A DNA stretch of 64,000 nucleotides from Pirellulales bacterium (GTDB lineage Bacteria > Planctomycetota > Planctomycetia > Pirellulales > PALSA-1355), in assembly GCA_963733035.1 (NCBI GenBank), contig CAVTBU010000006.1, positions 32,001-96,000 on the forward strand, read 5' to 3'. The stretch's first letter is position 1; the number at the start of each line of letters is the position of its first letter. Below, in pieces: positions 38,888 to 49,193 of the stretch. The notes beneath the pieces were generated by a model that had not been told where the DNA came from, did no database searches, and saw only the letters and a list, made by a program, of their open reading frames with translations. The position numbers and the translations under genes were made by a program.

Positions 38888-41335
38888 TTGCGCGGGCAAT
38901 GCGCCTGCGTGGACGTTCGCGAAGGGTTCCCTTGTCTCAGGCCTGAGTTCGTTTCGAGTCAGAACGTGCCTGCTCCCCGAACAAGCTGTTCCGCATTCGT
39001 TGGGCCTGTTATTGCAAGCCGCATCGACCGGTTCGTTTGCGCGCTGCGGGCGACGGCCGCCTTTTTCGTGATGCTATCGGCGTCGGTCCTGCTGTCGGGT
39101 TGTCTGGTACTGCGACCCCCTTGCGAATTGCCGGCGGAGGACGTGTTCTTTCGCACCGTGGCCGAGGCGCCGCTGGAGGTCAAACGGGAGAATCCCGAAG
39201 GCTTCCTGCCGCTGTCGACGGCACCTCCGCTCGTGGTGGACGAGAAAGCACCTCCCCCCGCGTGGGAACTGACTCTGGCTGAGGCGGTCCGGGTGGGGCT
39301 TGAGAATTCCAAGGTGCTGCGCGATTTGGGAGGCAACGTACTGCGCCGGCCGGATTTGGCCCAGACGATTCACGATGCGGCCGTGCAAGCCACGGATCCG
39401 CGATTCGGCATGGAAGGGGCGCTGGCGGCGTTCGATGCCCAGCTTGCCACGCGTCTCTTTGCATACAAAAACGACCGTGCCTTCAACAACCTGTTTGCCG
39501 GCGGCGGTACGTTTTTCTTCAAACAGGACCTAGACAACTTCACGACAGAGCTCAGTAAGACCACCGCCACCGGTGCATCGTTCGCCGTTCGGCACAACAT
39601 CGATTACGATTCGAACAATGCTCCGGCCAACTTATTTCCCAGCTATTTCAACGCCAACTTTGAGGGCGAGTTTCGCCAGCCCCTGTTGCAGGGTGGTGGA
39701 GTCACCTTCAATCGAATTGCCGGGCCAAAGGCGAAACCCGGTCTGGTCAACGGCGTTGTCATCGCGCGCATCAACAATGACGTCAGCACGGCCACGTTTG
39801 AACTTGGCTTGCGGGACTTGATCAGCAACCTCGAAAATGGCTATTGGGATTTGTACTACGCCTATCGAGATTTGGATGCCAAAATCGCTGCTCGCGATGC
39901 CAGCCTGAAAACCTGGCGGATCATTCACGCCAACGTCGAGCAGGGGCGCGGCTACAGCAAGCTTCAGGAGGTCCAGGCGCTCGAACAGTACTACCGCTTC
40001 CAGGAAGAGGTGATCGATGCCCTGGGTGGCCGTGTTGTTGATCGCACGCGCACATTCAACGGCTCCAGCGGTGGCACCTTCCGCGGTGTCGGCGGGGTGC
40101 AAGCCGCCGAACGAAAACTCCGACTGTGGATGGGCGTGCCGATCAACGACGGTCGGCTGATACGTCCGACCGATGCGCCCCCGGAAGCGCACATCGTGTT
40201 CGACTGGAGTGTGATCATGGAAGAATCGCTGGCCACCCGTCCAGACTTGCGACGCCAGCAAGCCAAGGTGCAACGCTATCAGGCCGAATTGATTGCCAAT
40301 CGCAATTTCCTCCTGCCGCAGTTGGACATCATCGGACGGTATCGCTGGCGCGGCTACGGCCACGGTCTCATAGGCCCCCGCGACAGTCTCGATCCGATCA
40401 ATAACGCCTATGCGAACCTGGCGACCGGCATGTTCCAGGAATGGGAGCTTGGCTTCGAATACTCGATGCCGCTCGGCTTTCGACAGGGGTATGCAGCCGT
40501 CCGCAATGCCCAGGTGCAAATTGCCCGCGAGCGAGCCATTCTGGAAGAACAAGAGCGGCAGGCGATACATGATCTCACTTCGGCCTACTCCGACGCCGAG
40601 CGAGCCTACGTCCTCATGCAGGCGGCGTACAACCGACTCGCGGCCGCGGAAGAGCAGTACGAGCGGGCCGACAACGCGTTTTTCAATCTGGGGGGCAAGG
40701 TGTCGTTGGAGCTCGTCCTCGACTCTCGCATTCGTCTGGCCGAGGCAGAAACGAGTTACCACCGCAGTCGGATCGAGTATGCAATCGCCGTGAAGAACGT
40801 GCACTTCGAGAAAGGCTCGCTGCTGGATTACAACGGCGCGGCCCTGACGGATGAGGCCTTCTGCAAGGGAGCGCGCGATACGATCGTGCACCGCATTGCG
40901 TCCGCGCCAAACGAGGCACAGATCAACTACGTCATCGAAAGCCCGCTTCCCGGCACAGCGGCGCCAGAAGGTCAAACGTACGAGTCCACCGATCCAACGT
41001 CTCCGTGGCAGTCTCACGAGGCAGCATCGTACGACGAGCCGGTTGGTAGCGAAGAGGTACTAGCGTCTGCGTCGACTGCGAAAGCCGAGAGCGCGCCTGC
41101 GACTGAGTCCTCCGACACGCCGGGCGAAGTTTCGCCTTCTTCGACTTCCAAGACGACCGCGAGTTCCACGTCGCTCGTCCCCGTTGCTGTCCGGCCGGAA
41201 GCCGCGCGGACGGGACCCAAAACCGAGCGATTGCCAATTATTAAAACGCAGAAGTCGCCGGCGTCCTTCCATCAGGAGTCACTCCCACTCGATCCGTCGC
41301 AAGCGGAAGCAATCCTTGCACCGCTCGACGGGTAA
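38888..41335 (+). CDS. TolC family outer membrane channel (lipoprotein) with a low-complexity C-terminal tail
   Basis: Lipobox LLSGC, LTLAEAVRVGLENS, QPLLQG, ENGYWDLYYA, RPDL, LLPQLD, two OEP-like repeats. The real start is probably downstream of 38888. Confidence 0.85.
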   Translation: MRGQCACVDVREGFPCLRPEFVSSQNVPAPRTSCSAFVGPVIASRIDRFVCALRATAAFFVMLSASVLLSGCLVLRPPCELPAEDVFFRTVAEAPLEVKRENPEGFLPLSTAPPLVVDEKAPPPAWELTLAEAVRVGLENSKVLRDLGGNVLRRPDLAQTIHDAAVQATDPRFGMEGALAAFDAQLATRLFAYKNDRAFNNLFAGGGTFFFKQDLDNFTTELSKTTATGASFAVRHNIDYDSNNAPANLFPSYFNANFEGEFRQPLLQGGGVTFNRIAGPKAKPGLVNGVVIARINNDVSTATFELGLRDLISNLENGYWDLYYAYRDLDAKIAARDASLKTWRIIHANVEQGRGYSKLQEVQALEQYYRFQEEVIDALGGRVVDRTRTFNGSSGGTFRGVGGVQAAERKLRLWMGVPINDGRLIRPTDAPPEAHIVFDWSVIMEESLATRPDLRRQQAKVQRYQAELIANRNFLLPQLDIIGRYRWRGYGHGLIGPRDSLDPINNAYANLATGMFQEWELGFEYSMPLGFRQGYAAVRNAQVQIARERAILEEQERQAIHDLTSAYSDAERAYVLMQAAYNRLAAAEEQYERADNAFFNLGGKVSLELVLDSRIRLAEAETSYHRSRIEYAIAVKNVHFEKGSLLDYNGAALTDEAFCKGARDTIVHRIASAPNEAQINYVIESPLPGTAAPEGQTYESTDPTSPWQSHEAASYDEPVGSEEVLASASTAKAESAPATESSDTPGEVSPSSTSKTTASSTSLVPVAVRPEAARTGPKTERLPIIKTQKSPASFHQESLPLDPSQAEAILAPLDG

Positions 41336-41339
41336 TCGG

Positions 41340-42272
41340 TCAGCAGAACGTTTTTCTCCTTTGTCTGCTGCGCTTGAGTTTACCGAGCCCTATGAGCCCG
41401 GCACCCAAGCCGAGCATCACCACGCCGGCCGGTTCCGGTACGACCGACAGTTGTAGGGTGTAATCACCGGCCGCAACATGTGCGCCAGTGAAGTTCGTAT
41501 CTACAGCGCCCGTCACGCCAATCTTGACACGACCAAGGAAATCGGCGGTGCCGACCAAGGTCGGAATCGGATCAAACAGGCTACTAGTCGCAATTCGCGT
41601 ATTCGTGGCATCATATAAACCGATCAAGGCCGCAAAGTCCGCCGTCAAGGTTGCGGTGAACGGTTCGAATGGCTGCAGGCCCGTGAAGTAAAAGAAGTCC
41701 AACGAGTCGCCGCTCCCAGGGCCGACGATGTTATTAATCGTCATGTCCACGGTATATCCGGTCCAATTTGGATTCAGTGGATCAGGTGACGTCGATGGAT
41801 CCAACCAGATGCTGTCCTTGCTAAAGGGCGATATCTCATCATTCTGCCATTGCGACAGACTCGGCACGAGTTGGCCATTCGGATCGCGCACGTCGAGGTA
41901 CCACGCGTACTTTCCTTCCTGGGTATGGTTGCCGATGAACGTGGAGTCGGGTGCGCCCGTGACTTCAAAGTAAATTGATCCATCAGGACGGATCGGCACA
42001 CCCGCGAGTTGGCTGGCGTAGTTGTTTCCAAGTGGACTGCTATTGTCGTCGCTATCGAGCAACGTGGAAAAGGACGGATCGAACAGGCCCACGATCGTAT
42101 CTGGGCGTCCGGCGGTACCGTCCAGACTATCGGAGACGATTAACTGCCCGCTCGGCAGCACGGTGGCTGTTGCCGGTGTATTGTTCGGTTCGCTGGCCAA
42201 CACCGCTGGCGCACCGACAAGCGCGGCGACCCAAAGCAAGGGCAAGAATCGTGAGAATCGTATCAAATACAT
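41340..42272 (-). CDS. PEP-CTERM sorting-domain surface protein
   Basis: Signal peptide, EPNNTPATA motif, C-terminal VPEP + TM (AGVVMLGLGAGLIGL) + basic tail (KLKRSRQRRK). Confidence 0.9.
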   Translation of the reverse strand: MYLIRFSRFLPLLWVAALVGAPAVLASEPNNTPATATVLPSGQLIVSDSLDGTAGRPDTIVGLFDPSFSTLLDSDDNSSPLGNNYASQLAGVPIRPDGSIYFEVTGAPDSTFIGNHTQEGKYAWYLDVRDPNGQLVPSLSQWQNDEISPFSKDSIWLDPSTSPDPLNPNWTGYTVDMTINNIVGPGSGDSLDFFYFTGLQPFEPFTATLTADFAALIGLYDATNTRIATSSLFDPIPTLVGTADFLGRVKIGVTGAVDTNFTGAHVAAGDYTLQLSVVPEPAGVVMLGLGAGLIGLGKLKRSRQRRKTFC

Positions 42273-42543
42273 GACTGTATCTGTGTCAAATGGCCACACT
42301 TGAGGGGTCAAGTCATCGTTCGCCATGTTGAAGCGCTCAGCCTAGCGGCGCGCGATCAGCGCAGCAACTTCCCAGGCTAGGCAACAATGCAAGGCGATGA
42401 GAGTTCCCGAGAATCACGCAATCAACAGCGGCAGTGGACACGACCGCGGGGCGTGTAAGGCTCTCAGCAAAGAAGCATTGGCATTCCGAAGATTGAACAT
42501 CGACAGCTGCCACAGGCAGCATCGGACACCGATAACGGATTCA

Positions 42544-42572
42544 AATCTAGTCACGCCCCAGCAAGGTGTCAA
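42544..42572 (-). promoter_or_regulatory. Putative sigma70 promoter upstream of the PEP-CTERM gene
   Basis: Minus strand TTGACA (42572-42567), 17-nt spacer, TAGATT (42549-42544), with an AT-rich tract upstream. Confidence 0.45.
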
Positions 42573-42670
42573 GCAAGATTTATAGGAATTGAAATACTTC
42601 TAAACTGTTACGGGCATGAACTTTCGACGGCTTTGTTCGATCGCTATCAGGGGGGGCCGCGGGTCGGCGA

Positions 42671-44554
42671 TCAATCCAGATAGAGGCTTCTAAATCGCAG
42701 AAGCAGCCGCTCGGCAGGTTCGAGGTTCCGTCGCTCGCGAAGAACCTCTATTAGCCGAGATGGGTTGTTGGTGATGATGTTGTCCACTCCGCGATCGATC
42801 ATCGTCGTCATGCCGGATTGATCGTCAATCGTCCAGACGTAGATTTGTTTTCCCTGAGCGTGAGCGGCGGCAATAAAGGTATTCGTAGCCTGCGACCGTG
42901 AAACGGCCAGAAAATCGACGTCCAGCTTCGAAAGGTCGCCCAGCGTGGCCGACGTAACGAAGCCGACTGGCAGCCGCGGCTCGCGGCGCATCGTCTCCAG
43001 GGCCTCGTTGTACTCGAGTGACATTACGACGGCCTGCCCTAGCATGTCCTGGGTGCGGAGCTTTTGGATCACGGCGTCGATCAACGGCACTGGGTCGCTA
43101 CCATAGGTCTTCAGCTCGACGATCAGCTTGGCCTTGCCGCGGGTCAGCTTGATGACCTCGTCCAATGTCGGCACCTGTTCGCCAGAAAAGCTGAGTGCGC
43201 GGACTTCGTCGTACGTCGAGCGATTGACGACAAGTGGCGAACGGGCCAGGCGCATCATGTCGGCATCGTGAACGACGACCACCTGTCCGTCGCGGGTAAG
43301 CTGAACGTCGATTTCGACGTAGGTAGCGCCGTCTTCAATAGCTTGGCGCACGGCGCTGACTGTGTTCTCCGGCTTGGCGTAGGATGCCCCCCGGTGGGCG
43401 CTTATTTCGACGTGGTCGTCCCACTGGACCGGCTTGAGCAATGCGTAGACGACCATTGTCGCGAGAATCATTGCCAGTAGAGAGACCGCCAAGGGAGCTT
43501 TGCGCGGCACGGACCAGCGGGGTTTGGATTCGAGCATGGGTAGGGAGCTGAGCATCGACGGGGCAATAGACTGTCGACGACAAACTCGTAAATACAACTG
43601 CGCGAGCAATGCACCTCCGCTGGCAACGGCCAGTAGCGCGATCGCGAAATTGAGAACAAAATTCGCCGCCATGACGATGCCCAAGGTCGTGAGCAGCAGT
43701 GCCAGATGATCTCCGGCGGCGCGTACGAGTGTGCGTCCCAGCAGGTACAAACCGCCGTTCACCAGTAGCGACGTGAGTTCCCAGGCGAGCAGCCAACCGA
43801 TGAGCAAGATGAGAATCCGCCAGCGATTGCGCCTTGCGAGACGAAAACTTCGCAGCGCCGTCGAACGCAACGGATCGCCACCGAGCATCGCCTCGGGGAG
43901 CAGGAAGATCAGCGATCCGGCGACGAACGCGACGGCGACCGCGGCCAGGGCACCCAGTATGCATCCGGCAATGATGGCCTTCTTAAACTCGGGAGGGTGC
44001 TCCGCTAGGTAGTAGTTAATGTCGTGCTCGGTCAGCAGCTTCCAGGCGACGAATCCCGCGGCCGCTACAAATGGCAGTGCGGTTGCGGCCAGTAGCAAGA
44101 GCGTGAGAAAACTGGCGGCAAGCAACCGCCCACTGCGAATCGCGACGAAGCGCAAGGCTTCGAAATACGTCACACGACGGTCCAGTCCAGCACCGTAAGC
44201 GATGTAAAATAAACCTGCTGAATTGGCCGACCCCAACGCGATCGAGAGCGTCAGGATGGCCAATCCCAGTAGTAGCCCCATCGGAGTAAGCAGGAATCGC
44301 ACAATATCGAAGTTGCCCACAGCGGATTTGCCGCTGGTGGCAACGAAGCGAGCAAAAAGCCAGGCCGCAAGAGGCGAAAGGATTAGAAACGCCAGGGCCT
44401 GGAAAACCAGTTCGAATAGCACAATGTCGGGGAGGGCGCGCCCTAGGTCGTGGCAGGCGCGACGGCAAATCGCGGCGAATGAGATCGCAGAGTCCTGATC
44501 GGACGACGCACCCGCGCCTATTTGTCGCGGGCGGTCTCGAAAACCTCGATCCAT
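42671..44554 (-). CDS. Membrane-bound glycerophosphodiester phosphodiesterase (membrane domain + GDPD)
   Basis: About 7 TM helices, then SAHRGAS..PENT, VEIDVQLTRDG..VVHD, VELK, YVWTID, DNIITN. The start is uncertain. Confidence 0.88.
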   Translation of the reverse strand: MDRGFRDRPRQIGAGASSDQDSAISFAAICRRACHDLGRALPDIVLFELVFQALAFLILSPLAAWLFARFVATSGKSAVGNFDIVRFLLTPMGLLLGLAILTLSIALGSANSAGLFYIAYGAGLDRRVTYFEALRFVAIRSGRLLAASFLTLLLLAATALPFVAAAGFVAWKLLTEHDINYYLAEHPPEFKKAIIAGCILGALAAVAVAFVAGSLIFLLPEAMLGGDPLRSTALRSFRLARRNRWRILILLIGWLLAWELTSLLVNGGLYLLGRTLVRAAGDHLALLLTTLGIVMAANFVLNFAIALLAVASGGALLAQLYLRVCRRQSIAPSMLSSLPMLESKPRWSVPRKAPLAVSLLAMILATMVVYALLKPVQWDDHVEISAHRGASYAKPENTVSAVRQAIEDGATYVEIDVQLTRDGQVVVVHDADMMRLARSPLVVNRSTYDEVRALSFSGEQVPTLDEVIKLTRGKAKLIVELKTYGSDPVPLIDAVIQKLRTQDMLGQAVVMSLEYNEALETMRREPRLPVGFVTSATLGDLSKLDVDFLAVSRSQATNTFIAAAHAQGKQIYVWTIDDQSGMTTMIDRGVDNIITNNPSRLIEVLRERRNLEPAERLLLRFRSLYLD

Positions 44555-45429
44555 TTCAAGAAGCGGGCGGCGATTTGTTTCGCCGCGGCGTCCTTTTCAA
44601 TTTTACCGGCGCACAGGTCGACGATAGTTTGCAGGAAAGTCGAACGACCCACGGCGAAGCCAATGAATCCAGGCACATTCGCTGCCGTCTGCAGCCATTC
44701 GACGACCTTCTGCTCGGATTCGCCCCGACCAAGCACAATACAGCCTACCCGATCACGGCCGCCTCGGCGCGCGGCCGCGACAACTCTGACGCAATCCTCG
44801 CGGCGGTCGAGCCCCTCGATCTTCCAAACATCCGGCTCCACGCCCGCATCTTGAATCTCCTCGATCGAGCGAACCATGAGTTGCGGGCGGATTTGCGTGT
44901 CGTAAGTCTGCTTATCGCCGGCTTCTTTGAGTTGGATCTTTTCGGGAGGCACCAGCATTTCGAACATGTAAGTACGATTGCGCTCGTGCAGCCAGTCGGA
45001 TAGGCGTTTGAGGCGACCGAGTTGCCGATCGTTTTCCGTGCGGTCGCTCTCTGGATTGTATCGCACCAGTACCTTGGTAAATGTCGGATCGAACTCTTCG
45101 ATGTGCCTACCGAAATCATCGCCATATTCGAAATCGAATTCGTGTTGTCCGCTCTTCTCGACCGGCATGCACGTAATGTAGCCGTTTGCTCGGGCATCGC
45201 GCAACACGGCAGCGCCGAACTCTTCGTCGACAAGAATGCCGCTCTTGTCCTTCGGTGCCCCTTGGGCCACGGCCAGTTTGTAGCCTTCGTAAATAACTTG
45301 CTTGCTGGAGGCCACGACAGCGATCTGAGCCTTGCTCATCGGTTCGGTGAACCCAAACACGTCGGCGCCGTATGAATGGCGGTGGTCGAACGGCAACACA
45401 TATAGCGGTTTCTCGTAGCCCAAGTTCAT
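44518..45429 (-). CDS. DUF2090 family protein (2-deoxy-5-keto-gluconate-6-P aldolase-like TIM barrel)
   Basis: [57 protein letters not shown] overlap with the pgi stop. Confidence 0.75.
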   Translation of the reverse strand: MNLGYEKPLYVLPFDHRHSYGADVFGFTEPMSKAQIAVVASSKQVIYEGYKLAVAQGAPKDKSGILVDEEFGAAVLRDARANGYITCMPVEKSGQHEFDFEYGDDFGRHIEEFDPTFTKVLVRYNPESDRTENDRQLGRLKRLSDWLHERNRTYMFEMLVPPEKIQLKEAGDKQTYDTQIRPQLMVRSIEEIQDAGVEPDVWKIEGLDRREDCVRVVAAARRGGRDRVGCIVLGRGESEQKVVEWLQTAANVPGFIGFAVGRSTFLQTIVDLCAGKIEKDAAAKQIAARFLKWIEVFETARDK

Positions 45430-47078
45430 CGCGTGGTCTCCTTCGCGGCGCGGTAGCGCTGGATTAGTGTATTTGTTGAACTGTCGTGCTGGAGGTCGGG
45501 CTGTGTGGTGTTTTCCAGTTCTGGCACGATTCGATTCGCCAGGACCTTGCCCAGTTCGACACCCCATTGGTCGAAGGAGTTGATTTGCCAGACGGTTCCC
45601 TGCACGAACACTTTGTGCTCGTACATTGCCACCAGCTTGCCGAGGGCTGCCGGCGTCAGCTTGTCGAGCAGGATCGTGTTGGTCGGATGATTTCCGGTAA
45701 ATGTGCGGTGGGGAATTTGAAACTCCGGCACGCCGTCGGCGCGAACTTCGTCGGCCGTCTTGCCCATCGCCAGGGCCTCGGTCTGAGCAAAGAAATTGGC
45801 CATCAGCAAATCGTGATGGTCATCCAGCGGGTTGAGCGTGTGGCAGAAGCCGATAAAGTCGCAGGGAATCAGCTTTGTCCCCTGGTGGATCAGTTGATAA
45901 TAAGCATGCTGGCCGTTGGTGCCGGGAGTTCCCCACACGATCGGACCAGTTTGATAGTTCACGGTCTCACCGTCGAGCGTGACGTGCTTGCCGTCGCTCT
46001 CCATGTCCAGCTGTTGCAAGTAGGAACTGAAGCGGCTCAAGTAGTGATCGTACGGCAGGATGGCCACGGTTTGCGTGCCGAAGAAATTGTTGTACCAGAT
46101 GCCCAGCAGAGCGAGCAGCACGGGCAAATTGCGTTCGAAGGGCGTCGTACGAAAATGCACATCCATGGCATGGAAGCCAGCCAACATTTCGCGGAAATGA
46201 TCGGGCCCGATGGCGACCATCAGCGACAGCCCGATCGCCGAGTCGTACGAGTAACGACCGCCGACCCAGTCCCAAAACTCGAACATGTTGGCCGTGTCGA
46301 TTCCGAACTTCGCCACCTCAGAGGCGTTGGTCGAAACGGCGACAAAGTGCTTGGCCACGGCCTTTTCGTCTCCCAGCGTGTCGAGCAGCCACTTGCGAGC
46401 CGAGTGGGCGTTGGTCAGTGTCTCGAGCGTGGTGAATGTCTTCGACGCGACGATAAACAACGTTTCGTGTGGGTCTAAGTCGCGCGTTGCCTCGACGATG
46501 TCGGTTCCGTCGACATTGGATACGTAGCGAAACGTCATGTCGCGCTGGCTGTAGAAGCGGAGTGTCTCATGAGCCATCACCGGACCTAGATCCGAGCCTC
46601 CGATGCCGATGTTGATGACATTCTTAATCCGCTTGCCCGAATGACCCTTCCATTGCCCACTACGAACGCGGTCGGAAAACGCGGCCATTTTGTCGAGGAC
46701 GGCGTGTACTTCGGGCACGACGTCCTGGTCATCGACCAGGATCGATTCGTCGCGTGGGGCACGCAACGCCACGTGCAACACGGCCCGCTTTTCGGTAACG
46801 TTAATCTTTCGCCCAGTGAACATGGCCTCAATTCGTTCGGCCAGCCCCGATTCATTGGCCAATTGCAACAGTAGCTGGAGCGTTGCGGGCGTTACGCGGT
46901 TTTTTGAATAATCAAGGTAGACGCCTTCGGCCTCGGCCGTGAGCTTCGTGCCGCGCTGGGGATCGTCGGCGAAAAGTTGCCTCAAATGCAGCGATTGGAT
47001 GTCGCGAAAATGTTTCTCTAATGCTTTCCAGGCCGGCCGATCCGTGAGCGGAGCAACCGCGGTGGTCATATTGGTCAT
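45426..47078 (-). CDS. pgi: Glucose-6-phosphate isomerase
   Basis: [51 protein letters not shown]. Confidence 0.97.
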   Translation of the reverse strand: MTNMTTAVAPLTDRPAWKALEKHFRDIQSLHLRQLFADDPQRGTKLTAEAEGVYLDYSKNRVTPATLQLLLQLANESGLAERIEAMFTGRKINVTEKRAVLHVALRAPRDESILVDDQDVVPEVHAVLDKMAAFSDRVRSGQWKGHSGKRIKNVINIGIGGSDLGPVMAHETLRFYSQRDMTFRYVSNVDGTDIVEATRDLDPHETLFIVASKTFTTLETLTNAHSARKWLLDTLGDEKAVAKHFVAVSTNASEVAKFGIDTANMFEFWDWVGGRYSYDSAIGLSLMVAIGPDHFREMLAGFHAMDVHFRTTPFERNLPVLLALLGIWYNNFFGTQTVAILPYDHYLSRFSSYLQQLDMESDGKHVTLDGETVNYQTGPIVWGTPGTNGQHAYYQLIHQGTKLIPCDFIGFCHTLNPLDDHHDLLMANFFAQTEALAMGKTADEVRADGVPEFQIPHRTFTGNHPTNTILLDKLTPAALGKLVAMYEHKVFVQGTVWQINSFDQWGVELGKVLANRIVPELENTTQPDLQHDSSTNTLIQRYRAAKETTR

Positions 47079-47106
47079 CAATCCATCCTTTCCAATACGT
47101 TGAGTT

Positions 47107-47790
47107 CTATCCGGTCGCTTGGACGTCGGGGCCTGTCGCCGCTGCGTCTTTCCAGAGGCGGAATCCACCCTGAAAGGCATTCGAATTGTCTCCCAACCGA
47201 CACTTCGGCGGAAGTTTTTTCAGATATTCTGCATTGCCGCCACCGAGGACGATGTCGTCCGGTAACAGCGCTGCGGTTAGTCGCTCGACGACATCGGCCA
47301 CGAAATGCCGCCATTTCTTTTTGCCAAATTTCTTTAGGCCGCGCAGTCCTACATAATCTTCGTAGGTTTTTTTGCGATAAGGCAGATGCCCGAGTTCCAT
47401 CGCTTCGACGATTCCGTCGACGATCATCGTGGTGCCTAGCCCGGTGCCAAGGCCCAGAAACAGCATTTTTCCGCCTTGGTAACTGCCGAGAGCCTGCATC
47501 GCGGCATCGTTGATTATCTTGACCGGACACCCAAGCGCTGCCGAGTAGTCGAAGCCGACCCAACCGTCTCCCAGATTTTGTGGTTCGCCGACGGGCTTTC
47601 CGTCGAGCACCGGCCCTGGATAGCCGATGCTCGCGGCTTCGAACGGCCAATCAGCGGTGCGAGACTTGACGCCGGCAATCATTTCTGCCGCCGACATCGA
47701 CGTTCCCGAGTCGAATTTGCGCGGCTCAGACTGGCCAGTGGCCAGAATCTTGATGTGCGTCCCGCCGACATCAATGACAAGCACGTTCAT
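47107..47790 (-). CDS. ROK family sugar kinase (polyphosphate glucokinase-like)
   Basis: [43 protein letters not shown]. Confidence 0.82.
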   Translation of the reverse strand: MNVLVIDVGGTHIKILATGQSEPRKFDSGTSMSAAEMIAGVKSRTADWPFEAASIGYPGPVLDGKPVGEPQNLGDGWVGFDYSAALGCPVKIINDAAMQALGSYQGGKMLFLGLGTGLGTTMIVDGIVEAMELGHLPYRKKTYEDYVGLRGLKKFGKKKWRHFVADVVERLTAALLPDDIVLGGGNAEYLKKLPPKCRLGDNSNAFQGGFRLWKDAAATGPDVQATG

Positions 47791-48425
47791 TTTGCTAGCC
47801 TCATCCTGCGATGGGTGGTGGATGGGGTCTCGATGGTCACGTGACGATCGTCGTTCCACAATCGAATGACCGGTTCGTCGAGAGTGTGCTCGTAGCCCAC
47901 GATGCTGAGCGTGGCCGTGCACATAAGAAAGTACTGGCCGGCGATCGGCTCCAGCCCTAACCACCGGGCGGCAAACACACGAAAGAAATGACCACTAGAG
48001 AAGAGCAACACATTTCCCTCGAGTTGCCGCACACGAGCAATCACACGGTCGGCACGGCATGCCACGTCATCTGGCGACTCGCCGCCGGGACAGCCGTCGC
48101 GGAAGAGTTGCCAGTTTGGCCGATCTCGGCGAATGTCGACGGTTTTGCGGCCTTCATATTCGCCATAGTTCCATTCCAACAGGTCGTCGTCGATTTCGGC
48201 GCGGTCTCCAAAGCCCGCCAATTCACATGTCTGCTGCGTTCGCTGTAGCGGACTGACTAAAACATGTGTAAACGGATCGTCGCCGATTAACTCCCCCAGT
48301 CGCCGCGCATTCTCACGGCCGCGCTCGGTCAATGGCAAGTCGGTCCGCCCGGTATGCTGCCCGGTAATTGTCCAGGCGGTTTCGCCGTGTCGTGCCAGAT
48401 AGGTTGCGGGCAAGTGGTTGTTCAC
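47787..48425 (-). CDS. Histidine phosphatase (phosphoglycerate mutase family)
   Basis: RHGET..HTGRTDLPLT, SPLQR, EWNYGEYEG, FSSGHFFR; GTG start. Confidence 0.88.
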   Translation of the reverse strand: MNNHLPATYLARHGETAWTITGQHTGRTDLPLTERGRENARRLGELIGDDPFTHVLVSPLQRTQQTCELAGFGDRAEIDDDLLEWNYGEYEGRKTVDIRRDRPNWQLFRDGCPGGESPDDVACRADRVIARVRQLEGNVLLFSSGHFFRVFAARWLGLEPIAGQYFLMCTATLSIVGYEHTLDEPVIRLWNDDRHVTIETPSTTHRRMRLAK

Positions 48426-48471
48426 GGGGTGTGCTCCTGCACGGAGTGGCGATTGGCTGACTGGCGTTCCG

Positions 48472-49155
48472 TCACGTCGCGTTGCGGATTTCGACGCGAT
48501 CGGCGTGCCCTATTAGTACCGTCGGATTCATGTTCAGGAACAACCCTGTGCCGACGACTCCCGGGATCGCCCGCAGGGCTGCATCGAGTTTGACTGGTTG
48601 GTTGAGCGGTCCGGTTCCACAATCCAGGATAAAGTTGCCGTTGTCAGTCAGGTGGGGTTGGTTTTGGTCGCGGCGCAATTGGGGCGTGAGCCCCAATGCC
48701 TCGATGGCCCGTGAACAAGGCTTGCTCGCAAACGGGATGACTTCCACCGGAAGCTTGCCCCGCGTCCCCAATTGGGGGACGATTTTTTCCGGTCCTACCA
48801 GAATTACGATCTGGCGGGACGCCGTGGCTACGATTTTTTCGCGGACTAGTGCTCCGCCGTAGCCCTTAATCAGGTTGCCAGCAGGATCGACTTCGTCAGC
48901 TCCGTCGAAGTCGACGTCGAGTGCGGGCGACACATCGAGCGTCGTCAGCGGGATTCCCAGCTCGGTGGCAAGCTGGGCGGACGCTTGTGAGGTCGGGACG
49001 CCGCGGACCTGCAATCCGGCACGAATCTTCGCGGCCAGTGCGTGCAGAAACGCGGTCGCAGCGTGGCCGGTTCCCAAACCGATCGAACCGCTGGCAGGAA
49101 GGAACTGTAGCGCACTTTCGGCGATTTGGCGAAGTTGGCTTTGAGCGAACGTCAT
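48472..49155 (-). CDS. rpiA: Ribose-5-phosphate isomerase A
   Basis: GLGTG, PTS, DGADEVD, IKGYGGAL.REK, PVEV, TDNGN, IPGVV. Confidence 0.93.
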   Translation of the reverse strand: MTFAQSQLRQIAESALQFLPASGSIGLGTGHAATAFLHALAAKIRAGLQVRGVPTSQASAQLATELGIPLTTLDVSPALDVDFDGADEVDPAGNLIKGYGGALVREKIVATASRQIVILVGPEKIVPQLGTRGKLPVEVIPFASKPCSRAIEALGLTPQLRRDQNQPHLTDNGNFILDCGTGPLNQPVKLDAALRAIPGVVGTGLFLNMNPTVLIGHADRVEIRNAT

Positions 49156-49193
49156 GGGAATCGCTTTATTGAAGGTGTAGCACGGCACCTGGC

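Noticed and set aside
39632..41017. 461-aa minus-strand ORF
   Set aside because: Antisense shadow of tolC with no motifs; such ORFs are expected in high-GC coding DNA
20395..42290. Identical 12-mer ATCTGTGTCAAA upstream of gntR (20395-20406) and of the PEP-CTERM gene (42279-42290)
   Set aside because: Many 12-mer matches are expected by chance in 64 kb, and the positions relative to the start codons differ
45486..46478. 330-aa plus-strand ORF (and a similar one at 52841..53914)
   Set aside because: Antisense shadows of pgi and of the redoxin fusion gene
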